A DNA stretch of 64,000 nt from Octopus sinensis (GCF_006345805.1 NC_043000.1:156674001-156738000), one strand, 5' to 3'; shown: positions 12,660 through 26,693, counted from the first letter of the stretch. A program made the numbers and translations. Notes: generated by a model from the letters alone, not told the origin.

Positions 12660-14960
12660 CTGCCTAGCCAAACTACGGACCGACATGCATAAATATATCT
12701 ATATAGTTTTCTAAGTTATCGTTGAACGACAAGTCTTTCTTAATGAGATTAAAGAATAAAAAACTGACTTCGTGCATGTTGAAAATTATCGATGATACTG
12801 GAGATCTCACAGAATCAAATGGTGTTAATTACGGTAAAATTTATACTATCCTATATACTACTTTTGTTACTCTTAAAAATCACCTGGAGAAACCTGCAGT
12901 GAACGTGGTAATGATATTTCTTAAAGGAAGCAACTCACATGGAAAACACAACTTGAAGAAAACAGCAACAATCTGCACCGCCATACTGATTGTTTAACCA
13001 CTATTCAGCTGATCGAAAAACTTCGTTTTCGTAGAAAAATTTTGTGCGAGCGCGTATAAATCACAAGTTTGTTTCCATTTCACAGACATTATACCACGAG
13101 ATGTGGGGGGAAATGTTATCGTTAAAAAACCTCTTCTCAGAAAGATCTTGAATAATTTCGGTTTATGATTTGGAACATGGTGGATAAATACAACTGTGAA
13201 AGAATAGTGAGCCTACATGAACTGTAAGACATATGCAATTGACCCTGAAACGTTCTTCGTAGCTGTAGGCAAACTATATAACAGGAAGGCATCTTGGAGA
13301 AACCTAACAGGTGAATATTGGTACAAGAGGCTGACCTTCAGCGAAAAACTATTAATAAGTATATTCGAAAGAACTTTGGAAAGCCTGATAACCATACCAA
13401 GTTGGCATAGCCAAGAATGAAACAACTGAGATGGCCGAAAATTATAGGCCCGTTACTTGCTTCAACATTTTGTACAAGCTTTACACAAGCTGTCACCAAC
13501 AAATCCTCCAAGACCATCGTGAATCAAACAACGTAGTGCCTCATAAATAGGTAGGTGGAAAGGCGGGAGTGTGGGGATATGCCGAAAATCTTTCGATAAA
13601 CAAAGTTGTGCTGTCCGAAGTAAGAAAACATCGAAAGAATCTTGTAACTGAATGGCTTGATTGTAGGAAAGTATACGACTCTATGGTTGTTGAAGTCTTT
13701 ACAATTATCAAAAGCGCCTGCTATCTTAGCTACTGTTATTGAGAAATCCTCACACCAACTATCGAAAGCGGAAAGGTCATACCCAATGTTTTAAATATTT
13801 CAAAGGGACCATTGCTATGAGATAGTCTTTCTGTATTTCTTTTCTTTTTTTCACTTGTTTCAGTCATTGTTAGGGCACCACCGTGAATACATTTTAGTCG
13901 AATGAATCGATCCCAGTACTTATTTTTTAAAAGTCTGGTACTTATTTTATCGGTATTTTTGCCAAACCGCTGAGTCACTGGGACGTAAACAAACCGACAC
14001 TGGTGTCAATAGGTTGTGTTGGACACACGTAGACACAAAGACACAGAGAGAGAGAAAAAGAGAGAGAGAGAGTATGTTTCCGTCCACCAAAACCACATAC
14101 ATACATACATACATACATACATACATGCATGCAAAACTTTGGTTGGCCCGAGGCTATAGTAGAAGACTCTTGCCAAAAGTGTCACGCGGTGGGACTGAAC
14201 CCGAAACCACATGATTGGAAAGTAAGCTTCTTACTTCACAGCCACGTATATTTTGGCATTAAATCCGTTATTGTTTCTTTTACAAAAATTTCAATGGTGA
14301 CACGTGAGGGTCTGCAACTGTCAGAGATAATAACCCATAATTTTTGTGAGTGACCTGAAGATGTATGCTGAAAATGCTTACGATTCCAAAGAACAGCTGG
14401 CGTGATTTAACAATGGCAACAGCTGACATTGGAATGGAATTTGGCAAAATGATGTGCCTGTAGTTTCTGTTGAATGTAGAAAATCAGCTCCTCAAACCCA
14501 GCACCTGTACTTCAACGATGTATTTGTCTCTTCTGTTCCACACAAAGAATGCTATAAATACCTAGGTCGGCATTAACGAAAATGTATCACACGAAGGTGC
14601 TGTGAACAAATATAGACCTACGAATATTGGATTAGACTTACAAAAATATAGCATTCGGAGCTCTCCCTTTATAACAGGAAGATATATCACTGTTCTATTC
14701 AGTACCAATGTTGATACCAACATTTGGAATACTTTACTCGTCTGCAGAGGAAATTTACTCCATAGACATTAAAATCTACAGTCAATTTAAAAGAATTTGG
14801 TGGAAATCTATCTGTGTTCTCATCCATATTCTCAGCTTGCTCTTGTTCTGACGCCATCAGTTCTTCATAAGACAAACCTTCTCTACAGGGCACTAGCAAC
14901 TCAACCACGTCATCTTCTATTACTTATTGAAACCCGACATCTTTTACATGTCACAATAAC
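12660..14960 (+). pseudogene. Decayed non-LTR retrotransposon reverse transcriptase, Dong/R4-like
   Basis: Frame-broken RT motifs ENYRPVTCFNILYKLYTS (~13430), GGKAGVWGYAENLSINKVVLSEVRKHRKNLVTEWLDCRKVYDS (~13550-13685), IFQ(R)D (~13797), FVSDLKMYA (~14342) and DIGMEFG. Many stops; interrupted by a SINE. Confidence 0.8.
13848..14247 (-). mobile_element. SINE family A, older copy, inserted in the LINE
   Basis: Reverse complement of the family A head at 14130-14247 and of its tail at 13848-14010. Confidence 0.8.
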
Positions 14961-15076
14961 TTTCCAGATTCGATGCAGACTTTAGGATTGTGTAAAACAT
15001 GTAAAATCATAGATACATCTACTCATTCAAAGTGGAAGATTTCACTTTGATTCCATGACTCGGTTACATTATCTTC

Positions 15077-15305
15077 AGCGAACTGGCAGAATCGTTAGCA
15101 CGCCGGGCGAAATGCTTAGCGGTATTTCGTCTGTCTTTACGTTCTGAGTTCAAATTCCGCCGAGGTCGACTTTGCCTTTCATCCTTTCGAGGTCGATAAA
15201 TTAAGTACCACTTACACACTGGGGTCGATATAATCGACTTAATCCGTTTGTCTGTCCTTGTTTGTCCTCTCTGTGTTTAGCCCCTTGTGGGTAGTAAAGA
15301 AATAG
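15077..15305 (+). mobile_element. SINE family B, full length
   Basis: Head plus tail TTTAGCCCCTTGTGGGTAGTAAAGAAATA. Confidence 0.9.
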
Positions 15306-16056
15306 GTTACATTATCTTCAGCATCCAAATTCAATTATATCTAAGATTTTTCATTAGGCGCTTCTACTTCTGTTTTTGCAAATCGTCATACAAACACTTA
15401 ACCTTTCCCCCTTTTTTTTTTGATAGCTGTTGTACTTATCGGCATATTTATAACAAGTCTGGTTCTCGATCCAGTCAACAATTGTTCCTTTTTTTAGCAT
15501 TACATTAGATCCATTTAAACAAGATGCGAGCAGTTAACGGAGTTATTCTTGAAGATTTGGCTTTAATTTTTCTCTATAGTCACATATTGTCACGTATTGT
15601 AAACATTGCAAGCTTTAATGTTTTGACAATATGGCTGACTTTTCCTCCAGCATCAAACACTTTTAAAACATGAAGTTTTTATCCAGGGTAATTTCTTTAC
15701 AAATTTTACGTACTTATGTCCTCAGTAACATTTGATGGTTTCTTTCCAGACTGGACTGCTTGAATTGTAGATAAATCCAACAACTCGACGATTAATAACT
15801 ATCCACAACAAATATATATTAGGCAAAATAGTAACTAGAAAGAACTGTTTTGTTAGAAGAAAAACATATCTTATTGAAATTAAGCAAATGAAAGGGTGAA
15901 AAAATGAGGTGGAATGAATTTCTGTTTAATTACATTTAGTTGATGTGTTACCAGGTTCATGGGCAAGACGCTCTTTACACGTCTGACGTAATCCATAAAA
16001 ACTCCACTTTCAACTCTCTCTCTCTCTCTCTCTCTCTTTATCTGTCTCTGTCTCTC

Positions 16057-16117
<61 letters not shown>

Positions 16118-16266
16118 TGATAGATAGATAGATCGATAGATAGATACGCGGCTTATCATCTAAGAAAATAGACTCCAGCACACGAATTGTCACAGATAAA
16201 AATTCCACTCCGCATTCCGTAAGTATTTATGTTGGCGGAAGCACAATTTCTTCCATAGACACACGA

Positions 16267-16318
<52 letters not shown>

Positions 16319-16623
16319 ACACTTGCACACACTGATGTAAAGATACACTGACAGCTAAAATGCCAAGAAGGTATTGTAAGGTATTTAACTTAAAAAAAAA
16401 AAATTATCCGTGTTTCAGTAAGGTCCAAATTAACGGCCGGAGCCCGAAATTAGTGTTCATATTTTCCAAACTTTGGAAGCGCAATACTTCGTAACCTGAG
16501 GTAGACATTAGCTGGAGTTTGTTAAATTGTCACTATTTCACATTGTTCATTTCGAGCACGCGCATTGTTTTATTTTTGATTTTGTCGATTACACAGTATG
16601 GTAGGGTCAGTTGGATACCATTT

Positions 16624-17355
16624 GTGACGCAATTCACTCTGCCAGAAATTTGGAAACATGCTTTACTGCTTTGCATTCGCGCCAGAAGCTCCAATACGAA
16701 CACTTAATAGTGTTTGGGTGTCCATCTGATGACATGTACCCAGATTGATAAAAATCAGACATCCATTCAACATCATGGTGTTTGGAGTGACCACTAGTGA
16801 TGCTGATGTTATGCCTCTATTCATCTTCCAAAACGGACTCAGACTCAACACAGAGGCCTACATCAAATGCCTGGAGGAGGTAGTCAAGAGGGTGGATGCT
16901 GGAAGATCCTATGTCTGGCAACAGGACTCTGCATCATGCCACACAGCAGGAGAACTTAGTCATGGTTGTCAGGCAATTTCTGCGACTACACCACCCCTTA
17001 ACATCTGGCCACCTAACTCCCCAGACTGCAACCCTCTTGATTATTGTGTGTGGGGTGCAGTTGAGCGAGATACCAGCAAAATTCCTTGTAACACCAAAAA
17101 TGAACTGAAGGCAAGGGTTATGGCAGCATTCACCAGCTTAAACAAGGAGACCGTCCAGAAGAACTGCAGAAGATTCCGAAGTCGTCCGGAGGCCGTGGTT
17201 AAAGCCAATGGCGACTTTATTGAATAAATATATCCTTTAGTATTTCAAGATATTTTATGTAAAATTTTGGTAAATATGTCTGTTAAAATGAGATGATAGT
17301 GTTATTTTTATTTTTGCGAAATTTAGACGACAATAGATTCAACGCATGATACATA
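16624..17355 (+). pseudogene. Internally deleted Tc1/mariner-superfamily transposase, DD37D (maT-like)
   Basis: N-terminal remnant (V)TQFTLPEIWK at 16624. ORF 16745-17227 has WQQDSA..H..WPPNSPDCNPLDY with 37 residues between the 2nd and 3rd Asp and ends ANGDFIE*. A right-end remnant follows; no left TIR seen. Confidence 0.85.
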
Positions 17356-17992
17356 TGCGAGCGTGTATGTGTGTGTGTGTGTGAGTGTATGTGTGTGGCT
17401 GTGTGTCTGTGTGTATGTGTACGCCTTCCTCTTGGGTTCTCAGCTTCTTGGTGCAGTCTTAAGGGCACTATCGTTACATAGAGCTTGCCCAGTATTCTCA
17501 TATTTAGAGAATATATATAAATACGTATATAAGATGAGTATATAGTGATAAATTATCAAGGCAGTTACCGTGATAACTCTCAGGTATGTTCCAGGTAACG
17601 GCTAACCGCCTCAGGTAGTAGTAAACATGAGTGATCGTTGTAATTCTTCTGATGGGTAAATCCGGTTTCGTTTCCCTGGATTATGAATATTCTCGAGGGA
17701 GTAAATTCCTAATAATTACAAAGAACTGAGATAGTTACATCTTTAAATATTTTCTTTTCATTTAACAGTTAGTGATACAACATAATTAGTTAATTAACTA
17801 ACTAATTATGCTGTATATCTAATCGTTAACTTCAAAGAAAAATTTGAAGGTGTACTTCTCAGTGATCCAGTAATTGTTTGGTACATACATATACATATAC
17901 ATATATACACACACACGCGAGCGTGCATAAACATACACACACTCACTCACACACACATACACACTCACACTCATACACATATAGCATATATA

Positions 17993-18211
17993 CGAGTGAA
18001 TGCGGAAAATTTCCTGGCTTTGGGTAAAAGAAAATACAGGAAGATATAAGTTAATTATGATTTTATTCAACATATTCCCCTCTCAGATTCACTGACTTAT
18101 TGCAGTGGTCCTTCAGTTTTTCTAAGCCCTGTAAAAGAACCCAGAAGGTCGGGCCTCCACCCAGGCCTTTCGCGACATCCTTAAAACCAGGAACTTTCCA
18201 ACACCCCATCG
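17993..18211 (-). mobile_element. Mariner-derived MITE with TIRs and TA flanks
   Basis: TA|CGAGTGAATGCGGAAAATTTCCTGGCTTT ... AAAACCAGGAACTTTCCAACACCCCATCG|TA; imperfect ~28-bp TIRs. Confidence 0.8.
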
Positions 18212-18699
18212 TATATGAACGCACACACTCACGCATACATATGCCTGCACACACACACACACACATCATAAAGATCCACACAAACGCACTCATACGCAAG
18301 CACATATCTACATATACTCGCGCTTTCGTATATATACACGCATATGCTGATACAACATAGAGAAACACAAAAATACTAAAAAAATGAAACTGCCTGCAAC
18401 AGCAACGACGATGGTAATTTTTTTCTACATTTCGTGACCGATTTTATTGTAACGTTTTTGTAATTTTTTTGTTTTTTGTCTTATTATAAATCACGTGCAT
18501 TGGATCGATATCCAGCACGTGAATCTGTAGAAGAAAGGCATATTGATACAGTAACAGCGATAGCTCCGAGAATTGTACTACATTGCAGAGAAACAAGAAT
18601 TAACGTCGTAGCATTAACAGAAGCAAATAAACACAACGGTCCGATTCGGAGATACGTACATGCGCACGCGCACTCACGCACTTACCGATTACACACACA

Positions 18700-18741
<42 letters not shown>

Positions 18742-19180
18742 ACACACACACACACACGCACACACACACACACACCACACACACACACATACATCAACAC
18801 ACACACACACACACGCACACACACACACACACACACACATACACACACATACACACACATACATCAACACAAGCATACACACACACACGAGCGCGCGCGC
18901 ACACACACACACGCACGCACATATATGCATAAATTTATATGTCAAAACACGCTCTAATAAAAAGAGAATCATTTCACTAATTGCAGGCGCGTGCGTGTTT
19001 ACAGGTAGACATGCAGGTAGTCTTAGATACAAAGATTATGCATGGAGATCAATTTAAGTATAAGGGTATTTTATGTGTATGTGTGTATGAGCGTATATGT
19101 GTGCGCGCGTATATAATATACACATGTATAATATACATATATAATATACGTATATAATATACGTATATAATATACACAAA

Positions 19181-19412
19181 GGGGCGGCGAGCTGGCAGAC
19201 ACGTTAGCACGCCGGGCGAAATGCTTAGCAGTATTTCGTCTGCCGCTACGTTCTGAGTTCAAATTCCGCCGAGGTCGACTTCGCCTTTTATCCTTTCGGG
19301 GTCGATTAAATAAGTACCAGTTACGCACTGGGGTCGATGTAATCGACTTGATCCGTTTGTCTATCCTTGTTTGTCCTCTCTGTGTTTAGCCCCTTGTGGG
19401 TAGTAAAGAAAT
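19181..19412 (+). mobile_element. SINE family B, full length
   Basis: Co-linear with 15077-15305. Confidence 0.9.
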
Positions 19413-19747
19413 GTATATAATATACACATATATAAAGAAGAGCAAAAGAATGGAGTAGATAACATTCGGGTTACATATGTTTCGTATCGAGAGGAACAGT
19501 GAAAGTGGTAAGTATCCAAGCGAGATATATACCTGCAAGCTACGCTTCAGGCCAAGGATATCTTGATTAAATGAAGGTTTGCATTGTCGCAAGGAGGTTC
19601 ATGTTAACACGTAGAAGATTCAATCAGAATGAATCAGGTTCCGCTCGTTATGAAACATACGTAGCCCTGATCTTATCTACTCCATTCCTTGACTCTTGCA
19701 TTCTTATTCGCACGCCCTACAATCCCGGTCGTCGACCGTGAAATATA

Positions 19748-20239
19748 TAAATGACATGCATAAGATCTGGTCATCAAATCTAAGTAGAGATTTCAAACTT
19801 GAAATCTTCAAAGCCACAGTCAAACCAATTCTACTGTATGGCTCAGAAACCTGGACGTTATCAAAGAAGCTTGAGAAGCGGTTGGATGGAACCTACACTC
19901 GTCTCCTTATGAGAGCTCAAAATCTCTCGTGGAGGCGCCATCCAACCAAAATGCAAATATATGGGAAACTACCACCTGTGTCATCTCTTGTGAAAGGTAA
20001 GAGAGTCCAGTTTTCTGGACATTGTTGTAGAGCTGAAAAAGAGGTAATTTCTACTCTTCTCCTCTGGAAGCCATCTACTCGCAATACCAGAGGGCGCACA
20101 CTCTCCTACCCTGATGTAATCTCCAGGGATACAGGCATCCAGCAACAGGACCTCCGTAATGCCATGATGGACCCTGAAGTCTGGCGTAGCATGGTAAATT
20201 CCATTGTCTCGACTACGGTCGAACTATGATGATGATGAT
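19748..20239 (+). mobile_element. 5'-truncated RTE-clade LINE, 3' end with open frame
   Basis: ORF ..KATVKPILLYGSETWTL..RVQFSGHCCR..WRSMVNSIVSTTVEL*, (TGA)n tail, and a 10-bp TSD GTGAAATATA at 19738-19747 and 20240-20249. Confidence 0.9.
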
Positions 20240-20413
20240 GTGAAATATAGAAAGAACTTTTCTCAGTTTATTGTGCTTCGGTACGAAAAACTCCACAACC
20301 TTCCGTCTCAATAAACCATTGTCCTTGAAAGTTGTTTTTCTTATTTACTACGGTTTGCTTGAAGCAACTTTCTTCCTACACCTCGATCCCTGGATCTTAT
20401 GTATACACACACA

Positions 20414-20451
<38 letters not shown>

Positions 20452-20479
20452 ACACAAAATGTGACGTCGTGTGTACCGT

Positions 20480-20665
20480 TGGCGATTTTTTTTCCTCTGT
20501 CTTCCCTTCTCTGAATCTTACCTTCTCCTATGTTTCCGACGAAGAGCTCCGCTCGAAACGTTAAACCCTCCTTCTTCCCTTCCTTCCTGAGCGTCCAATA
20601 AATACTATTTGTTCCACGTCCTCGCGTTGTTGTGTTTTTTTTTTGTGCCTTCTTGTTTGGATAAC
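20480..20665 (+). mobile_element. Penelope-like terminal repeat fragment with a minimal hammerhead-like motif
   Basis: GTTT-CCGACGA-A-GAGC TCC GCTC-GAAACGTT-AAAC at 20532-20566, followed by a pyrimidine-rich tail and (TA)n. Confidence 0.6.
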
Positions 20666-20723
20666 TAATATATATATATAGATATATATATATCATATAT
20701 ATATATATATATAGATATATATA

Positions 20724-20764
<41 letters not shown>

Positions 20765-21373
20765 TATATATATATATATATATACATATGTATGTGTGTG
20801 TGTGTGTGTGTGTATGTGCACACCCAAGTACCTTAATCCTATCTATCTGAACTGATGGCAGTAAAGTGGGGTACTATGACCTCTTGGCTGAAACAGCTGT
20901 AAGATACTATTCTACTTCCTATGCTCTGCGTTATATATTTTAATAATTACTGGTATTTTTATATCTTTATGTATTACATAAGTAAAGCATAATATGTTAT
21001 ACATGTATGTATATTGTTATAATAGTTTTTCTTTTTTAAATAAAGAAACATAATATAATGTCTAAAAGTTGATGAATACCACCTCCTGATCCCCGCCATT
21101 TTCTTACAGCTGTATATATACATATACATTTTTTCGTAATGAGATAAAAAAACCAAGGCTGCGTGGATTTTAGAACATTTATAGGAAGAAGATCTGAGAG
21201 CTATTTCCAGGATATTTATTATATCCCTTCATCGGAGAGAAGGATGGCTTCATCGGTATGAGAGGATGGCTAAGTAATAGTTATATATATATATATATAT
21301 AATTATATATATATATATATTATATATACATCTATATATATATATGTATGTATGTATGTATGTATATATGTAG

Positions 21374-21585
21374 TTTGTGGTCAGCGTTTGTCTCCCAACA
21401 TCACTTGAAAATTAATGTTGGTGTGCTTAAGTCCCTGTAACTTAGCGGTTCGGCAAAAAGACCCGATAGAATAAGTACTAGGCTTCCAAGAATAAGACCT
21501 GGAGTGGATTTATTCGGCTAAAGGCGATGCTCCAACATGGCCGCAATCAATGGCTGAAATAATAAAAGAAAAGACTAAAAGAATA
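21374..21585 (+). mobile_element. SINE family A, 3' half, diverged
   Basis: TAACTTAGCGGTTCGGCAAAAAGACCCGATAGAATAAGTACT. Confidence 0.8.
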
Positions 21586-21654
21586 TTACATACATACATA
21601 TATATATGTATGTATATATATATATATATTGTCTATATATATATATATATAATA

Positions 21655-21685
<31 letters not shown>

Positions 21686-21928
21686 ACTATATATATATAT
21701 ATATATATATATGTCCCCTTTTTGTACTTTTAGCGAAGGATCGCGTGCATCGAATATTCTGAATATTCTGGGATGCTTACATAACCGTACATAAACTTAC
21801 CAACCACACGAACTTATATACACACTTACGTATATGGGACCACATTTATATCTTCCGCTTGAGTGCGTATGTACTTACACGCCAAAACATAAATATACAC
21901 GCATATTATTATTACATTATTAATATTA

Positions 21929-21980
<52 letters not shown>

Positions 21981-22230
21981 TATTATTATTATTATTGTCA
22001 GCATGGTTTTGATATTTATTTGTCTGGTAATACAAAAATATACACGCTTCCAGGGAAAGTGTATAGTGTTTTCCATGTATACGCGTGTACGTTTGTGTGT
22101 CGGCGTGTTGGTGTCGGAAAGATTGTGTAAGGATACAAGAATGCTTCGGGAAACTAGGTTACCTAAGAGTGCAAAATCATAAGGAATGTCTGTGTGCAAG
22201 TACATGCGTATTTGTATGTGTGTATATGTG

Positions 22231-22277
<47 letters not shown>

Positions 22278-22350
22278 TATATATATGTATGTATGTAATG
22301 TATAATGTATGTATGTATGTATTTATGTATGTATGTATGTATATATAACT

Positions 22351-22513
22351 TTATTAATAAAGCTTCAAAGACATCACAAAAACTGTTACCCAGAGTTTCC
22401 CGTCCCCGTTCGCCGGACAGTTTTGGTTTAGATTTTAAACAAAATCGCCCGTCTAGCGGGAACGTGAAACTCTGGGTGACTGTTTTGTGATGTTTTCGCA
22501 GCTTTATTAATAA
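22351..22513. mobile_element. 163-bp foldback MITE
   Basis: TTATTAATAAAGCTTCAAAGACATCACAAAAACTGTTACCCAGAGTTTC.. is mirrored by ..GAAACTCTGGGTGACTGTTTTGTGATGTTTTCGCAGCTTTATTAATAA (~58-bp arms). Confidence 0.8.
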
Positions 22514-22597
22514 CGCACATTACTCTACCTCCCGTATTCGAATACTATTTGTTTCCGTCTAGTTTCGCATTTATGGGCTTACTCTGGTATATATATA

Positions 22598-22821
22598 TTC
22601 TTTTACTCTTTTTTTTTCTTTTACTTGTTTCAGTCATTTGACTGCGGCCATGCTGGAGCACCGCCTTTAATCGAGCAACTCGACCCCGGGACTTATTCTT
22701 TTGTAAGCCCAGTACTTATTCATCGGTCTCTTTCGCCGAACCGCTAATTGACGGAGACATAAACACACCAGCATCGGTTGTCGAGCAATGCTAGGTGGAC
22801 AAACACAGACACACAAACATA
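22598..22821 (-). mobile_element. SINE family A, 3' half
   Basis: Reverse complement of the family A tail. Confidence 0.85.
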
Positions 22822-22989
22822 CCGCCTTACTTAATCTGTAGTGTTTTGCAAGTGCTAACGATGATGCGGTAGAGTAGAGCAAATAAAGAAAGGATACAAG
22901 GGTAATATTTGAGAGAGAAAAAAAAACAATATGAAGGTTAGTGTGCTGCAGTAGAGATATAGGAAATGACGTGTTGCGACAATAAACAA

Positions 22990-23222
22990 AGGCATTGGTT
23001 TCAAATATTGGCACAAGGCCAGCAAGTTTGGGGGAGGAGTTAATTCGATTACAGTGCTCAACTGGTATTTATTTTATCGACCCTTTAAAGACAAAAAGCA
23101 GAGTCGACCCCGGCGGAATTTGACCTCATAACGTCCAGATGGACGAAATGACGTTAAGTAACTTTGCCCATCTTGCTAACAATTCTGCCAGTTCGCTGCC
23201 TTAACGTTTATCTATCTGTCGG
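22990..23222 (-). mobile_element. SINE family B-related, old copy
   Basis: GTCGACCCCGGCGGAATTTGA..GCTAACAATTCTGCCAGTTCGCTGCCTT. Confidence 0.7.
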
Positions 23223-24294
23223 CTGTTCTTTTATAGTGATAACGATTTCTTTGGACCCTTCTTACTGTTCCACCTCTCCATGTTGCCGATATTTATCGGC
23301 CCTGGGATAGTTGGTGGTTTAATAGCTAAGACAAACCTCACTTAGATAAGAGCTTTAAACTGCAGCATTTTTAATTTGGATTAAGAAAAATGTGCATGAG
23401 AGCACATCTCGACAAAAACAATCTCCATAGACCCCGTAATTCCTTCACAGACACACACATACACGCACAGAGGCATAAATTCACAAACACACACTCTCAC
23501 ACACACAAGCACACATCATACATCCTTGATTAAAATGAAAACCTATAAAAAGTTTTGTTTGTCTTTCAAAATATGAGCATTTGAAACGAACTTTACAAAT
23601 ATTTTTTTTATTATTATTTTTAATGTATTTGTTTCAGGAAGTAGAATTATTTTATTCCACTCCTAAAGCTAATCCTCAGTGAGTTTAGCATGATTAACTT
23701 TTAATCCTTTTAATATCACTGTTGTTTTAAATCATTTTAATCTTACAATCAGACAGTTTTCTCAGTGGTTTCTACCACTTTCCCCTGAACTGCTGTAAAA
23801 TTAAAATTCCTTGTTTTATTTTTTAATTCCTGAATTCGGCTTCTACTTGCTGATCTGCCATAGTTGTTCAATAGAGGTCAAATCTGAAGATATTCTTGAC
23901 TAATAAACACATCAGCTTCATGATATTGGAGAATGGTTTCTGTTTAATTTAGGAAGACAAGCAAGAACGTTGCTGTATTGAACTTGCTTGTTCATATCTA
24001 ATGTTTATGGGTTGTTCTATAAATGGTAATTTCGTAAAATGCCTTTCTGGTAGAAGCTTTCTCGTTGGGTATCCATTTAAATGCTGCATCATCCTACTTA
24101 CTTGTGATTCTTGTTATTTAGCCGCTGATCAACTCTGAACGTGCTTGACCGTGATAAAAACGCATTGCAGTCGTGACCAGGGTGTCTCATTGAATAATTT
24201 ATCTAAAGCTATTTTTAAGAAATTCAAGGTGCATTCTAGAAGATTTGAAGCATTTTCAGGAAAGGCGTTTATCAATTTCAAAAAAGTACAAAAT

Positions 24295-24520
24295 TCTAAT
24301 CTCCATCAAAGTAGGATCCTCTGACTTTACTTTCCTTTGTGAAGGCCTTTGAAAGTCCTCCAAAGTGAAGGCATCCAGGACCTTTGCCATAGCCTCCTTC
24401 ATCTTCTTCTTCGGATTAGGGAACAACTAAAGGTTACAGGGAGGAGAGCCTGGGCTCTAGGAAAGCTAAGGGACAGTCTTGATGTCCATCTCCGTCAAGT
24501 AGTTGGTTACTAGTGCAGGT
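24295..24520 (-). pseudogene. Mariner transposase C-terminal fragment
   Basis: Minus strand reads LVTNYLTEMDIKTVP..SP..PC..LFP..KEAMAKVLDAFTLEDFQ..VRGSYFDGD* with stops. Confidence 0.65.
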
Positions 24521-24651
24521 GTTGCCGACCCGAATTGCTATGTTTTAATTTTTGAGGGGGATTTCGCTATTATTTCAAGCGACCACGTTGAGAATCCGTA
24601 TCTAGCTCTGTACTAGCAAATGGTGAATAGCAATTAATAATTGGGTTGTCA

Positions 24652-24870
24652 AAGGCGGCGAGAAGGCAGAATTGTTAGTAAGCCGGGCAAAATGCTTTGC
24701 GGTATTTCGTCCGGTTTTACGTTCTGAGCTCAAACGCCTCCGAGTTGACTTTGCTTTTCGTCCTTTCGGGCTGAATAAATTAAGTACCAGTTACGCACTG
24801 GGGTCGATGTAATCGACTTACACCTCTCCTTCGATCTTGTTGGCTTTGTACTAAAAATGGGAACTAATAT
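24652..24870 (+). mobile_element. SINE family B-related copy
   Basis: AAGGCGGCGAG..AAGTACCAGTTACGCACTGGGGTCGATGTAATCGACTTA. Confidence 0.8.
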
Positions 24871-26084
24871 ATGGACATACATGGACACACATGTGCTACA
24901 ATGTGAAGACAGCTGAAACAGTTTGCGAACAATAGTAGGAACCTAACCACAATAGTAAATCCGAATACACTATGCATAAAGGTATAAATATTCCCCATTC
25001 AGATCTACCATATATGCATATGCATATTTGAGGAAATATAACCCAGCTGAGCACTAGGGTCGATGTAATCGTCTTACCCACTCCCCAGAACTTACTAGCC
25101 TTGTGCCTAAATCTGAAGCCAATAACTAGGTTTTCTAATTTTCTTTCAGTCAGCATCTTTATAAATGAATTGAATTGAAAACCTTTAATGTAAAGAGAAA
25201 GAGATATTTTACTACTTGGTATGAGACAAATGTTTACTTTAAACACTGACAGCCATTAAACATAATTTGGATACTTGGCAATAATTATATAAGACGAGAA
25301 GACAAATAATAAACATTAATTAAATTTCCTTTAATAAATCGAATCGAAGCAATAAATTTGTGGACTAGGAAAACAGTGGAAACGAACGACTACAAATATA
25401 AATAAAAGACCATGTCAAATTAAAAAATAATTACATGAAAATAGTAATTAAATTATAAATAACGAAACCGTATTTCAACAGGAATTATTTAGTATTTGTT
25501 GCAAATAAGGCATTGTTCAAGGGCTTCACATTTTAGAAATTGCGTGTGCATGTGTATGTATGTATGTATGTATGTATGTATGTATGTATGTATGTATGTA
25601 TGTATGTATGTATGTATATATGTATGCATGCATGTATGTATGTACACGTGTGTATGTATGTACAATTGTGTGTACGTATGTGCATTTGTATGTATGTATG
25701 TATGTATGTATGTATGTATGGATGGATGGATGGATGGACTGATCGATGTAGGCATGTATGGATGGATGTGAGTATATGTATTTATGTATGCATGCATATA
25801 TATATAATATATATGTGTGTGTGTGTGTGTATGGGCATTTGTATGTATGTGTGGACATTTATATGCATGCATGTATGATGTATGTATATGATGTATGTAT
25901 GCATATACGTATATATATATACACACCACACACACACTATATATATATGTAAATATGTATATATGTATGTATATGTATTATACATGTATATATATACATA
26001 TATATATATACATATATATATATAATATATATATTATATATATATATATACACATATATTATATACCTATATTATATATATATA

Positions 26085-26621
26085 TACAAAATTAGAGAAT
26101 GAGAAATATACTTAATCAGTAAAACATCAACTACCGATGATACTCAATCCATACTTTAATACACCATTACATATGAGTAAGGCAAGTATCTGACTTAGTA
26201 ACATACTGATATTTATAAATATTTTAATATCTAAATTAATATTCTATGAATGCATGGATGGTTCTTCTTTATTATTGAGGCTTAATATAATTTTGAAGGG
26301 CTAAATTGTAGCATAGTTGCTTTCCCTTTTTTGTTTATCTATGTGCTATTTGTTGCTTGGAATTATGTATGTGTATAAGTGTATGCATATGCATATTACT
26401 ATTGTGTATGTGCGATTGATCTGTAGATGCGTGTGTGAATATTGGCGTTCCCTGACTAACCAACCGTATAATTTTCTTTTGTGATTTAAATTTCAAACCA
26501 ATAGCCAATAGAATTAATCTATTTTTTTCTTACCTAGTGGTCAGCATTCTTAACTCATAGTTATTTCGATCTTGTAAGGATGGACTTGGTGCTAACTTAA
26601 CTGTATCTATTTTTTATTATA

Positions 26622-26655
<34 letters not shown>

Positions 26656-26658
26656 TTC

Positions 26659-26693
<35 letters not shown>

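Noticed and set aside
20845-20905. Hammerhead-like CTGATGG...GAAACAGCTGTA
   Set aside because: A9 is mutated, and helices I and II cannot be paired convincingly.
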